DNA of 64,000 nt from an uncultured virus (IMG/VR IMGVR_UViG_3300043470_001272) (taxonomy: Duplodnaviria > Heunggongvirae > Uroviricota > Caudoviricetes): the IMG/VR virus record IMGVR_UViG_3300043470_001272, one strand, 5' to 3'. The notes below the pieces were generated by a model. The model had not been told where the DNA came from. It searched no databases and saw only the letters and a list, made by a program, of their open reading frames with translations. The translations under genes were made by a program, and so were the position numbers. The first letter of the stretch is position 1. Every line of letters begins with the position of its first letter. This document shows, one piece after another, positions 29,954-41,300 of the stretch.

Positions 29954-30361
29954 ATGGAAAAACAACTTAAAGCAGTAGAAAAATTTCATACAGCATTTGG
30001 ACAAGAAAATGGTAAATGGCCAAAAAACATTTCAGCTGATGGATATGAACTTAGACATAGACTTATGTCTGAAGAGAATGATGAATACTTAGATGCATGT
30101 GATGAAAATTCACTAGTAGAAATTGCTGATGCTCTTGGTGATCAACTTTATATTCTTTGTGGTACTATTCTTAAACACGGTATGCAACATATTATTGAGG
30201 ATGTTTTTGATGAAATACAAGCAAGTAATATGAGTAAACTTGGTGAAGATGGTTTACCTATACTTAGGGAAGATAAAAAGATCTTAAAAGGACCTAATTA
30301 CTTCAAACCAGATATAGCAAAGTTTATTAAAGTTGACACAAATGCATCCAACAACATTTAA
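29954..30361 (+). CDS. MazG-like nucleotide pyrophosphohydrolase (dUTPase-like)
   Basis: V.KFH.AFG, EE..EY, DALGD.LY...G, SNMSK and KILKGPNY.KP motifs. Confidence 0.85.
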   Translation: MEKQLKAVEKFHTAFGQENGKWPKNISADGYELRHRLMSEENDEYLDACDENSLVEIADALGDQLYILCGTILKHGMQHIIEDVFDEIQASNMSKLGEDGLPILREDKKILKGPNYFKPDIAKFIKVDTNASNNI

Positions 30362-30533
30362 AAAACATATGGTAGCTGCTTATCTAGCAGGAGCGGCAGC
30401 TGTCATTGATTCTGATATCAGAGAGTATCCTAGTAAAAAGGAAGCTAATGACTGGTACATAAATGAATATGGATTAACAGTAGCAGAAGAAAAATGTGAC
30501 TGTTGTGAAGAAAATGAAGATGGAGACACTTAA
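30342..30533 (+). CDS. hypothetical protein
   Basis: Small ORF; likely start MHPTT. Confidence 0.55.
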   Translation: MHPTTFKKHMVAAYLAGAAAVIDSDIREYPSKKEANDWYINEYGLTVAEEKCDCCEENEDGDT

Positions 30534-30771
30534 ATGTTTTACTTGTAAAATAGATAAACCATTAGAAAAATTTGCAGACAACAGAAGAAAGTATCAGACT
30601 AAGTCTTCCAAAGGAAAATGTTTAGTATGTAAACTTTGTTCTTTCCAAGATGCTCTTAATACTTTAGGAGTAGTAAGATTTGATTATGCTGATGAAACTT
30701 TTAAAGTAATCAAGTTTAATAGTAAACATGAAGTTGTAGACTTTTTTGAAAAAGAAGGAGGTGAGTTTTGA
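30520..30771 (+). CDS. Zn-finger protein
   Basis: KCFTCK..KP..KF...CLVCKLC. Confidence 0.6.
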   Translation: METLKCFTCKIDKPLEKFADNRRKYQTKSSKGKCLVCKLCSFQDALNTLGVVRFDYADETFKVIKFNSKHEVVDFFEKEGGEF

Positions 30772-31103
30772 AATGGTATGTAATTAAAAATCCTCAATGG
30801 AAACATGCTAGTGGATTTCCAGTAATAAAAAGTGGTTATGGTAATGGTTATGTAGCTGTTCCACCTACCCATCCTGCTTATAAAATGGACTATGATACAT
30901 TATTGTATCCAATAGAGATACATGGGGGATTAACTTATAGTGACTTTGGAAATGGTGAAAATGCACCAAAAAATTGGTGGGTATTTGGATTTGATACAAG
31001 TCATTATAAGGACAGTCTAGAAAACTGGCCTAAAGAAGCTGTAGAAGCTGAAACAAAAAGATTATACTGTCAATTACTTGACATTGAATGGGGAGAACTG
31101 TAA
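30768..31103 (+). CDS. conserved-type phage hypothetical protein
   Basis: GNGYV..P..HP, IHGGLTY and W.FGFD..H motifs; TTG start. Confidence 0.7.
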   Translation: MKWYVIKNPQWKHASGFPVIKSGYGNGYVAVPPTHPAYKMDYDTLLYPIEIHGGLTYSDFGNGENAPKNWWVFGFDTSHYKDSLENWPKEAVEAETKRLYCQLLDIEWGEL

Positions 31104-31123
31104 AAGGTTCTCCCCTTTTTTTT
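31090..31123 (+). terminator. terminator at the convergence of the two transcription units
   Basis: GGGGAGAAC-TGTAAAAG-GTTCTCCCC followed by T8, between convergent stops at 31103 and 31125. Confidence 0.85.
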
Positions 31124-31124
31124 C

Positions 31125-34100
31125 TTATCTATTAAAACTAGCTTCAAAACCTTCTACTGCTTCAGCAGGATTAAGATTATTACCTGTAAGACCTATCATT
31201 TTTAAAAAATAAGCCCAAGATTTATTATCACCTTTTTCAAAAGCACCAGTATCTTTTTGATATACTAAATCTTCTTCATTCCAAGTTAAGAAAAATTGAT
31301 TAATAAACTTAGTAGTTCTATTAACACTACTCATAGCAGCTGTTGGTGATTTTAATACTTTCCAAAGATCTGGTAAACCTATAACAGGATAATAAGTCAT
31401 AGTTTCACTTCGCATTCTTATCAATTGATAGTAGACATGATTAAATGCTGTGCTTTTTTTCAACTCTTCATCATCATCTGCAGCAGAAGCCATAATAAAT
31501 ATTAAAGCCATAGCAGAAACTACAATAGCTAACTCTCTTAGAGTTCTGTTTATCTGAGCTTTTTGATAAGGACTGTAATTACTCCATTCTTTTATTATAT
31601 TTTTCTTATATACAAAAAGATCTTTTACCATAGTATTCCAAAAAGTTCTATAAAAACCTTGTGTAATGTCATCTAACTCATAATCATAAGATAATGTTTT
31701 AAACCTTCTCATATAAGCAGGAACCATGTGTTTACGGTACATTAATAAAACTCTACCTAAAGCATATCTTTGAGCAGTACCTTTATCAAAATCATTGTAT
31801 ACACCTTGTAATCTTTTATTTATGGCATGTAATCTATTCTCAAAATCATCTTTTCTTTTTAAAGTAAAATTGGTATTATCATGAACACCATCTCTACCAT
31901 ATTTTTTATGAGCTTCAAATAAATTTATTTCTTCACCTGTTTCATTATCAATTACTTTTTCTGCATCCATCAAAGCAAACATAGTAGTTACTTGAATTTC
32001 ATGTTCTGCAGCATGCATATTGAAAAACAAAGTATTTGTATTGAACAATCTTAAGAAAGCTGTGTTAGATATTTTTTTACCATATTGATCTTTAAACTCT
32101 CCTTGCATAGCATCATAATACTCTACAAGTTTTCCTTCTAAGCTTTTGGGAATTGGTTTACCAAAGTCTTGTAAAAAAGGGGCTCCTAATTTATAATTCT
32201 TTTTAGCATTAAATAAATTTTTAGAACTAAAATAATCTCCTGCAGCTGCTTCAATAACTAATTGTATATTACCTTGAAGGTTATTAGCAACACCTTTCAT
32301 AGCATCTAAAGCTAAGCTAGTAATAGCAGAATAACTAATTATAGTGTCTGTAATTTTTGCTACATCCAAACTCATGAACTCTTCAGCTTTATTCATTTCT
32401 CCATAGACAACCATGTCTATAAAAGCATCTAAATGTTTTTTAGAATAAGCTTCTCCATTTTTACTGATAAATTTTAAGTATCCTTCTTTTTTAGCAAAAG
32501 CATCTATTAAAAGCTCACCTTTACTTGTAGAACTTACTACTTCTCTTTTACCAACAATAGCTTTTAACATAGTAGTCTCTCCAGCTATCTCATTCATGGC
32601 TTGATAATTTTTAGCCATTTGACTGAACAAGAGTACAGATCTGGTTAAATCTAAACTAATATCTTCAGGGTCTATTTTTTGAGTAAAATATGTAGGTAAG
32701 AACTTAACCTCCATACCACCTAATGTAGATAAACTAGTTCTTTCATTTAAACCTTTTTCATTTTCTATATCTTCTAAATCAGAACCTTTTTGTTCATAAC
32801 CTACATCATATACTTGAGTTTTAAATTTTTCTTGAAAACCTCTTTTAATAGTTTTACCTATACCATTTTCAATTAATCTTTCAGTAGATGTTTTAGGTAT
32901 GTTTGGTAAAAAATAACCTAATCTTTGTTTTTCCGGAATAAGACTTTGAGCATCTAGATACTCATCTAGTAACTTTTTATGCAGTTCTCCTTTTGCATTT
33001 TTAGCAGTACCATCTAGATTATACAACTCTTTCCAGTTATCATTAATCCATTTATCAGAAGGTTCAGATAACTCTCCTTTATATGTTACTTTACCTTTAT
33101 AACTACTATATACACTATTATACCAAATATTATATTCTCCAACTGTAATTACACCAGCATCTTTTAGTTTTTGTTTTTGTTCTATAAGTCTATCTCTTTC
33201 TTCTTTAGATTTAGGTTGATTATTTTCTCTAAACCAAATATCTATTTTTTTATAATACTCCTTTTTATCTTTTTCCTTTTCAGGCTTTGGACCTAAATTA
33301 TCAAAGAATTCTTTCTGAGCTTTTCTATGTCCATTAATGTTATATTTTTGAACAAAAGCTTTTCTTTTAATTGCTTCTTTAGTACCATCTTCTTTAGTTA
33401 ATGTGCTATCTAATAGTTCATAGATACCTTCATTAAAACTTTTAGGATTGTCTTTGGCTTTACCTGATGTTTGAGCATAAGCATCAAATTTTTCCATTAT
33501 TTCATCTCTAACTTTTAGAGATTCCATTCTAGCTTTTGTAAACTGAGACTTAACAGATTTAGCAAATAAAGACAATACAGCATCTGGTGAAGATATAAGT
33601 GGACCAACTAAAAACTGTAAAGCTCCTTCATCTTCTAAAGCTGTTTTTAATAAACTTTCTAGAGATTCTTTATCTAATACTAAACCATTTAGTTTTGCTA
33701 TATCTTTTTTTAGAGTTTCAATCTGTTTAGCTTTTTTAGCATCCATTTCTCCACTGCTAGTTAACTCAACTAATCTTTTTTGGTAAAACTCTTTTAAGCT
33801 ATCTAAGTTTTTAGAATCATAATCTGATTTATATTGCCATAAGAAGTCAGCCATTAATGGAATACCTTCTTTAATGAACTCTCTTTTTATATTCTCTCTT
33901 ATGTTTATAGCTTGTGCTAGTTTAAATTGAGCTGTAAGTTTTCCTTCAGAATCATATATTACACCATTGTCTTCTTCAAAAAATTTATTTACATTGACAT
34001 TAGAAACTTCATCTAATATATTATAACCATTAGCAAATTCATAAAAACCTAATAAAGTAGAAATAGCTTCTTTTTTAGGTATAGAATTTTTCTCATCTAA

Positions 34101-34520
34101 AAACTTTTTATATCTATTTTTAGCTTTAATAGATTGATTATAAGCTTCAGTAATAAAAGTATCTACTGCTTCAGCTTCATCTAAACCTTCAAGTTTATCT
34201 AATATAGTTTTAAGTCTACCTTCTTTTTTAGTTTGGTCAACAACTACTTTTCTTTTTAAAATAGCAAGTTGTTTTTTCAAATAAATTCTAATTTCTGATA
34301 TTAAGTTTTTATACTCAGTATTAGTATCATCTGGATTGACTTCTTCTCCTACAGTATCAGGTTTCTCAGAGTCAGTATCTTCCTCAATATCTGAAGTGAT
34401 AGGTTTTTCTGGAGCACCTACTTTTTCATTATATATTTTCAAAGCTTCTTCTTCAATACCATTAGCTTCAATTAAAGCTTCTCTCCATTCTTTGCTGGAT
34501 TTATTTGGACAACTTAACAT
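31125..34520 (-). CDS. large putative virion (ejected) protein, 1131 aa
   Basis: Helical, with a hydrophobic segment LAIVVSAMALIFIMASA; last gene of the RNAP block. Confidence 0.7.
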   Translation of the reverse strand: MLSCPNKSSKEWREALIEANGIEEEALKIYNEKVGAPEKPITSDIEEDTDSEKPDTVGEEVNPDDTNTEYKNLISEIRIYLKKQLAILKRKVVVDQTKKEGRLKTILDKLEGLDEAEAVDTFITEAYNQSIKAKNRYKKFLDEKNSIPKKEAISTLLGFYEFANGYNILDEVSNVNVNKFFEEDNGVIYDSEGKLTAQFKLAQAINIRENIKREFIKEGIPLMADFLWQYKSDYDSKNLDSLKEFYQKRLVELTSSGEMDAKKAKQIETLKKDIAKLNGLVLDKESLESLLKTALEDEGALQFLVGPLISSPDAVLSLFAKSVKSQFTKARMESLKVRDEIMEKFDAYAQTSGKAKDNPKSFNEGIYELLDSTLTKEDGTKEAIKRKAFVQKYNINGHRKAQKEFFDNLGPKPEKEKDKKEYYKKIDIWFRENNQPKSKEERDRLIEQKQKLKDAGVITVGEYNIWYNSVYSSYKGKVTYKGELSEPSDKWINDNWKELYNLDGTAKNAKGELHKKLLDEYLDAQSLIPEKQRLGYFLPNIPKTSTERLIENGIGKTIKRGFQEKFKTQVYDVGYEQKGSDLEDIENEKGLNERTSLSTLGGMEVKFLPTYFTQKIDPEDISLDLTRSVLLFSQMAKNYQAMNEIAGETTMLKAIVGKREVVSSTSKGELLIDAFAKKEGYLKFISKNGEAYSKKHLDAFIDMVVYGEMNKAEEFMSLDVAKITDTIISYSAITSLALDAMKGVANNLQGNIQLVIEAAAGDYFSSKNLFNAKKNYKLGAPFLQDFGKPIPKSLEGKLVEYYDAMQGEFKDQYGKKISNTAFLRLFNTNTLFFNMHAAEHEIQVTTMFALMDAEKVIDNETGEEINLFEAHKKYGRDGVHDNTNFTLKRKDDFENRLHAINKRLQGVYNDFDKGTAQRYALGRVLLMYRKHMVPAYMRRFKTLSYDYELDDITQGFYRTFWNTMVKDLFVYKKNIIKEWSNYSPYQKAQINRTLRELAIVVSAMALIFIMASAADDDEELKKSTAFNHVYYQLIRMRSETMTYYPVIGLPDLWKVLKSPTAAMSSVNRTTKFINQFFLTWNEEDLVYQKDTGAFEKGDNKSWAYFLKMIGLTGNNLNPAEAVEGFEASFNR

Positions 34521-35386
34521 ACTTTCAATAATAATTTATACATAACATTATCTATTTCATCTGAAGACTTTGCTTTAATTACAGCTTCTATGTAATCATT
34601 AATATCTTCATCTTTCAGTGCTAAAAGTACATCTAAATAATTATTATTTACTTGTTCAGATATATTAATAATAGCATCTTCCTTTTTTTTCTTTAAAACA
34701 GCAACATCTTCAGCATATTGAAAATCTATAACTGTTTGTCCTGTTCTAAAATCTATATTTTTAAAAAGAATAGTATTAGTTTCTTGTTCTATTAGATTAT
34801 AATAACCTTTTGGATTCATTACATATTTTCTATCCTCAGAAATAAACATATCTGGTGCTACATCATTTCTTCTTTTTAATATATCTAAAAAAGTTTTTTG
34901 ATCAAGATTAAATTTTGAAGCCTCATTAAAAGTTTTTATTGTATCATCTAAATATTCTTCAGGCTCATATGCATTAAAATCATCTTCTAAAGCTTCATAA
35001 CCTTCTCTTATATATGCATTTTCTGGATAGTATATACCTTTAGCAACATCTATTCTATGAAACATTTCTGTATTAGGTACTGCTTTAAGACCTCTTTGTT
35101 CATCATAAAAAAGCAGTCCAGGAATACCATACTCTTCATTATATTGTTTTGATAATTCTGCATTAAATTTATTAAACTCTGCAAATTTATATTTAGCAAT
35201 GTTTAATTTATCATCCATCAAACCTTTTTTTCTATAAAGACTTTTTACTGTTGCTTCAGTAGTAACATAGTCTACATTTTCAACTAGACCATATCTTTTG
35301 ACATACTCTATTTCAGCATCAAAAGGATCTCCAAATTCTCTTAAAAGATCTTGATACTCTTTACTATTAGGGTTTACACAAGCCAT
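34514..35386 (-). CDS. putative virion protein, 290 aa
   Basis: Coupled to both neighbours; MACVNPNSKEY N-terminus resembles MLSCPNKSSKEW of the next gene. Confidence 0.7.
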   Translation of the reverse strand: MACVNPNSKEYQDLLREFGDPFDAEIEYVKRYGLVENVDYVTTEATVKSLYRKKGLMDDKLNIAKYKFAEFNKFNAELSKQYNEEYGIPGLLFYDEQRGLKAVPNTEMFHRIDVAKGIYYPENAYIREGYEALEDDFNAYEPEEYLDDTIKTFNEASKFNLDQKTFLDILKRRNDVAPDMFISEDRKYVMNPKGYYNLIEQETNTILFKNIDFRTGQTVIDFQYAEDVAVLKKKKEDAIINISEQVNNNYLDVLLALKDEDINDYIEAVIKAKSSDEIDNVMYKLLLKVC

Positions 35387-35389
35387 GAT

Positions 35390-38300
35390 CTATTTAAAAC
35401 AGTTATTTAATAATTCTATAGTAGTATTTCTTTTTTCAGGGTCAGCTAATTTAATATTAATTTTTGCTATTAAGTCATCATTTGATAAATTACTATAAGC
35501 ATTTTTATATTGAGGAGCTGTTCTAAAATGGTCTAGTATTTTAGTTTGTTCTTCTACTGTATAAAGGTCTCCCATTAATTGTGTAGTTTGATTAGGTGAG
35601 CTACTAATAAAGTTTTTAAAATCTTCTCTATCTTCTTTACCACCAAGTATGTATACTTGTTCTGGTTCAAATACACCATAATTATCTGACATGTATGGAT
35701 CAAGAATATTTTTAAATATTACTGAGTCAAATTTACCTTTAGATTTAGCAGCTTGATTAGTAAGTTTACTTGCTTCATATTGAGCTCCAGCCTCATATGC
35801 CTGATTAACAAAAGTTTTACCTTCAAAGTCTTTAACTAATGGTTTTTGTACATTAAGTAATACTCTATAAAGTAAAGGGGTGATTTTTGCCTTAGACATT
35901 GTAGTGTTAAGTTCTTCAATACCAGCCTTATAACTTTTTTCACCAACATTTATAAGTCTATCAAACTCTTGACTTGATAAGCTTGTTATATTTCTTTTAT
36001 TGAATTCACCACTCTTTATTTCTCCATCATTATATATATAAATACCCATTGCTAACGGGCTTCCTTCTTTATTATAGAATGATATTCCTAAATCAGGTTT
36101 ATCTTTTATAAATGAATTATGGACATATCTACCAGAGATGATATCTTCTTTTTTATTTTTTAAGTCTTGGAGCTGTTTACCTAATTTTGTATAATTATTA
36201 TACATATTTAAAAATCCAGTACCTAAATCTTTGTTTACTTTATTATATTTTTGATATAACTCTTTTATATAATTTTTTAATTCATCTGTAGAAAGTTCTT
36301 TTTGTTTTTCTTTAAGATGATCTGCAAGTTCAGGAGAATATTTTCTTATATCTTTAGCAGATGACCAGTTAAGCAATGTGTTACTTAATACACTTGTTAA
36401 ATTTTCTATTTGTTGTAATCTTCTTAATAAACCATATTGTTCTGAAACAGATGGTTCTGTAGAAAAGAAGAAAGCATTAAGTGAATCTATTGGTGTTTGC
36501 TCTTCATCTTGAAAATAACCATCACCTGTTGCACTTCCTCTTTTAGTTTTATCAAATGTATCAAATTCTTGATCTGATCCATGATAAAGTATATCAGTAA
36601 CTTTAGTACCAGCTAGTTTACCTTGTGTAGTAAGATAATTAATCCACTCAGTATATTGTTGTGGTGTACCAATATTAGATAACTCAGTATTAGATTCAAA
36701 TAACTCTGACACACCTTCTTTAAGGTTAGTAGGTTGAGAATCATATATTACAAGTTCTCTACCAGCTTCTTGTATATCTTCATCAATCCAACCAATTAAA
36801 GAATTATAACCATTAGAAATCATGGCCTCTCTTACAGCATCATTTGAATCTTTCATAGAAGCAAATGTTTTTCCTTCTATTGCAAATCTTTTAATATTCA
36901 TAAACTTAGTCTGACCTTCTGTTGTAGTAGCATCTAAAGTTTTAGATGGATCATATGTTACAGTAACTTCTTCTACAGGATTTTCTGCACCCATTTCTTG
37001 GAATGGTTTATCTAATGCATAGTAAGATCCAGATCCGCGTTGTGCATAGTTTACTTTAGATGAGAATGTACCTGATGTTCTGTAAGCTTTAACTCCAGTA
37101 GGTTGAGTAGATGATTGAGAAGGAGCTTTAAATGTATTTTCATACACATCTCTAATAGCTTGTTTAGCTGCAGCTTCTACTTCAGGTCCTTTATATTGCT
37201 CTCTTGGTACCCATTTACCTTCTTTTTGTATATTATAAGATTCAATATCTCTTGAACCTATACCGGCAAAGTTTTTAGTAAGAGTAGGTGTAGGTGTTTC
37301 TATCCAACCATTATAATTCCATTCATGTTTAGTTTTATCATAACCAGTTTCAAGATACTCTGTGTCTTGTGTATACCATTTCTTAGTATCTAAATCAAAT
37401 ACATATACAGGTTTACCTAGTTTTATACCTAATTGAACAGCAGTATTTGTTCCACCAAAAACTCCAGGCTTTGTACCAGAATCTATTTCAGCAATAGCAT
37501 ATACAGCATCAGCATTAGCTACTTGATAATAATTTCTTACTTGTAAATTTCCTTGTAAAGTATCTGGATATTTTTCTCCAAGTAATCTTTCTACTTCAGT
37601 ACGGGCTTTATCCATTTGTTCTTTAGTAAGAATAGTAGCTTGGACACCTGCATTTTTAAGTTTTTGAGATAAATTAGCATTACCAGCATCTTTATAATGC
37701 CTTTGATCAGTAACACCGTATTCTCTACCAATTATATCCCAGAATGTATCACCACCATAAGCACCACCTGAATGATTAGTATATTCTGCTGGATTTGTGC
37801 TAGTAGATGATTGAGTAGGAGTTTCTTTAGATAACTTTTTATTAATAATATTAGTAAGATTACCTCCTCCTGTTAGAGCCATAAACTGTTCTAATTCTTC
37901 AGAACTAAATCCTTCTAATTCAGATTCTAGTTTCATTTCTTCTAATCTTTCTGTTATACCAGAATCAGTTTCTTTAGGTAAGTAATTTTTAAACCTTTGA
38001 GTTTTATCTAATACAGTAGCATATATGTAATCTAAAACATTATCAGAAAACTGAGTCTCCAAAAAGTTATTTGAAGCTTTTTGCATTTCTTTAACAAATT
38101 CTTCTGGGTCATAAATTTTTGTAAAACCTAATGGAGAATAACCTACACCGTGTTGATAAAACATAAACATTGAAAAGTTTGCAAATACATCTGTTATGTA
38201 TTTATTATCTTCTGTATTATTAGTTTTTATTACTGACAGATCTCCTAGTTGTTTTAAGTTTTTATAATACACACTAGCTTGAGGACCTATTGCTAAAGCT

Positions 38301-41300
38301 TTATTATCTAATTGAAGTATGCTTCCTGTTTTTACAGTAGTAGACTTAGATAAGTTATTTAACACAGAGTACTTTTCTTTAAGATTATATTTTGGATTAT
38401 TTATAACTTCAAGTACTTGGTCAGTGTATTTATATTTAGTAGTACCCATGATATAAGCTCTATTGAATGTATTCATCAAAGTTCTTTCTGATAAGAATAC
38501 TTCATAAGCTTTAGCTAAATCATTTTGATTATTATTTAAATGAATTTTAAATCTAGGATTGTCTGTTAATGTATCTACTGGGAAAACAGATTTTAGATAT
38601 TGTTTTACTACTAAGTATTTAACATAATCATTAACATTAGCAAATGGATTCTGAGCTGCTGTAAATACATCTCTAGTTTGATCAGTAGTAAATCTTAAGT
38701 TTTTATAGTCTTCTTGTATTTTATTCAAGTTTACATTTATAACTCCTTTATTTAAAACAGCATCTTCAGTAAATGTATTAGACTCAACAATAGGTACACC
38801 TTTATAATTACTTGGTAACACAGTAATGTTACCCTTTTCATCAAGCATACTAGATGAATAGTTTTGGAAAATATAATTTACTAAACCATTATTAAAACTA
38901 TTAGTAAATCTGTCTCTACCTTGTAAACCTGTCCCAAATACATTACTAATAAGTTTATAGTCTGTTTCTAGTTTAGTTTTTAGAAAGTTTAATGTTTCTT
39001 CATTAAGTTTTAATGGGAAAACATTATCTACTAAGTCAAGTATTAAATCATTTTGATAAAAACTTGATATAATTGAATTGTCTAATAAGTTTTTTAATGA
39101 TTTTTTATCAATCTTGCTAGTACTTTCTAATTTATCTAAAGAGTCTTGTTTATTTATTATCTGTAATGTAGTATCTACAATACTTGTATCTGGACTAAAA
39201 GCCATTTCTAAATCATCTTGACCTTTAAATTGTTCTTCAGCCTGAACTATGTGTAATAAAACAGCTAAAGATTTCATAGATGTTCTATCTTTTTCATCTA
39301 TAATATCAGTAAGCTCATCTTCAGTTGCTGTATCATTACCAAAACCTAATTCCCAAGCAGCTTGTGCAGCATAATAATAGTTTTCTTTACCTAATAAGAA
39401 ACTATTGTTTCCAGTAAAATTATTATTTTGTATATATACAACATCATAATTTAAACTTATTTTTTCAATATCACTATTAATTAGTTTAGTTTTTATAAAG
39501 TCTTCTGCAGTACTAGAAAGTTTTTTTCCTTGATATACATACTGTACAGTATAATCAGTATCTTTTAAAGACTCTTTAATTTCATTAATTTTTAACTCTT
39601 GAATTTTAGATTGTAATATTTTTGGATCATTATACTGAAAAAATTTATCTAATAATGGAACTAAACTAGCCTTTTTAATAGCTGATTTAGATAAAGGTTC
39701 CGTTCTATTTATTTGAGAAATAGCACTATTATTATATACTTGATTTCTAATATAATCATCTACTAAAGGTGACTTCATCATTTTTAATACAGAAGGTACT
39801 GAAGCACCTGCTTCTAAATAATGATTCATTACAGGTAATGCTTCTGTTACCATTTGTACTAAAAATGGCCACGGATCTTTTGCTCTATCTAATATTCCTT
39901 GTAAAGCATGGGAGAATACATCACCAATTTTTACATTATCAACATTGTTCTCATTTGCTATAGATACATTACCATCTTGTGTTCTGTTTACCGGTAATCT
40001 AAATACCATCTCATAGTTAATGTTTGACTCTTCAAAAGTATTATCTATAAAATCCCATACTAATTTTTTATAAGTTTTAGGTAAAATAAAACCTATAGTT
40101 TTCATTAAAGTATGCCATTTGTTTTTCTTAGCTAATATACCCAATGGTTTATTACCAGAAAGATTTTGCTCAAACTTACTTAAGTTATATTCAAACTCTA
40201 AAGCAGTTGTTCCAGGCATTTCTTCATAACTAAAAGTATTTAGATCTTCAGTTACATCATGTACCTTTCTCTTAGGATTGTATTCAGCAGATTTTCTAAA
40301 GTAGTCAACATAATCTTTTACCAAATACATTTCATTTGGTTTAATCAAACTCACAAAGTTATCAGGTAGTTGAATAATATCTCTTGTATTTTTAACAAGT
40401 TGATTTTGTAAATATTTTTTTTGTTGTTCAATCAATGAAGAACTTTTTCTACCCTTATAAGTTTTATCTAAAGACAACTCATCTGTTTCTTCTAATAGAG
40501 TAATAAAATCTTTTTCTTCTGTATCTAATGATTCAATAAGTGTTCCATCACTATTTAAATTAGGGAACATAAAGAATATTTTATCAGCATCATAATCTGA
40601 ACCTGCTTTAGCAACTATTTCACTAGGTACTACTACTGTATTACCAAAGGATTCTGCTAAGAAATGCCAGATTTCTGCAGCTTCAATAGAGTTAACAGCA
40701 TCTGTAGGGATTCTTGGTCCAGCAATAGTTATTTTATCTCTGTTTTCTTGTAACCATACATCATCTTTAATTAACTCATTTAATCTATCAACAGTACCAA
40801 TAGTAGTTTCTAAATTAGCTGGGTCAGGTAGATTAAGTAAATTTTTAAAGTCACCTTGCAATGCAACAGCTACTTTCATTAAATCTGTTACAGCTCTTTC
40901 TCCTGTTTTTTTATTAATAATAGCACCTCTTTTATAAAAAGGTAAATTATTAGTACCAAGATATTTTTGAATTTTATCTAAGTCTGTTTCTAATTTATAA
41001 GCATTATCCCAAATACCATTCATAAATGTAGTTGGAACCTGAACTAAGGATTCACCTTTAGTTTTTTGTTTTACTATGCTTTTTTGAATTTTGTTGACAA
41101 TAATTTTTTCAATAAGATCTGATTCTGGATGTATAGAAAAATCCATTGTTAAATCTCCTGCTAAGTTTACATCAAGTAGTCTTACCAAATGTTCAGGAGT
41201 ATCTTTTAATTCTAATTCATCCCTTACTAATTCAACAAACTTATTTAGTTTACCTGTGTAGTTACCATCTTCATCTTTTTTAAACCCAATTTTATTTAAA

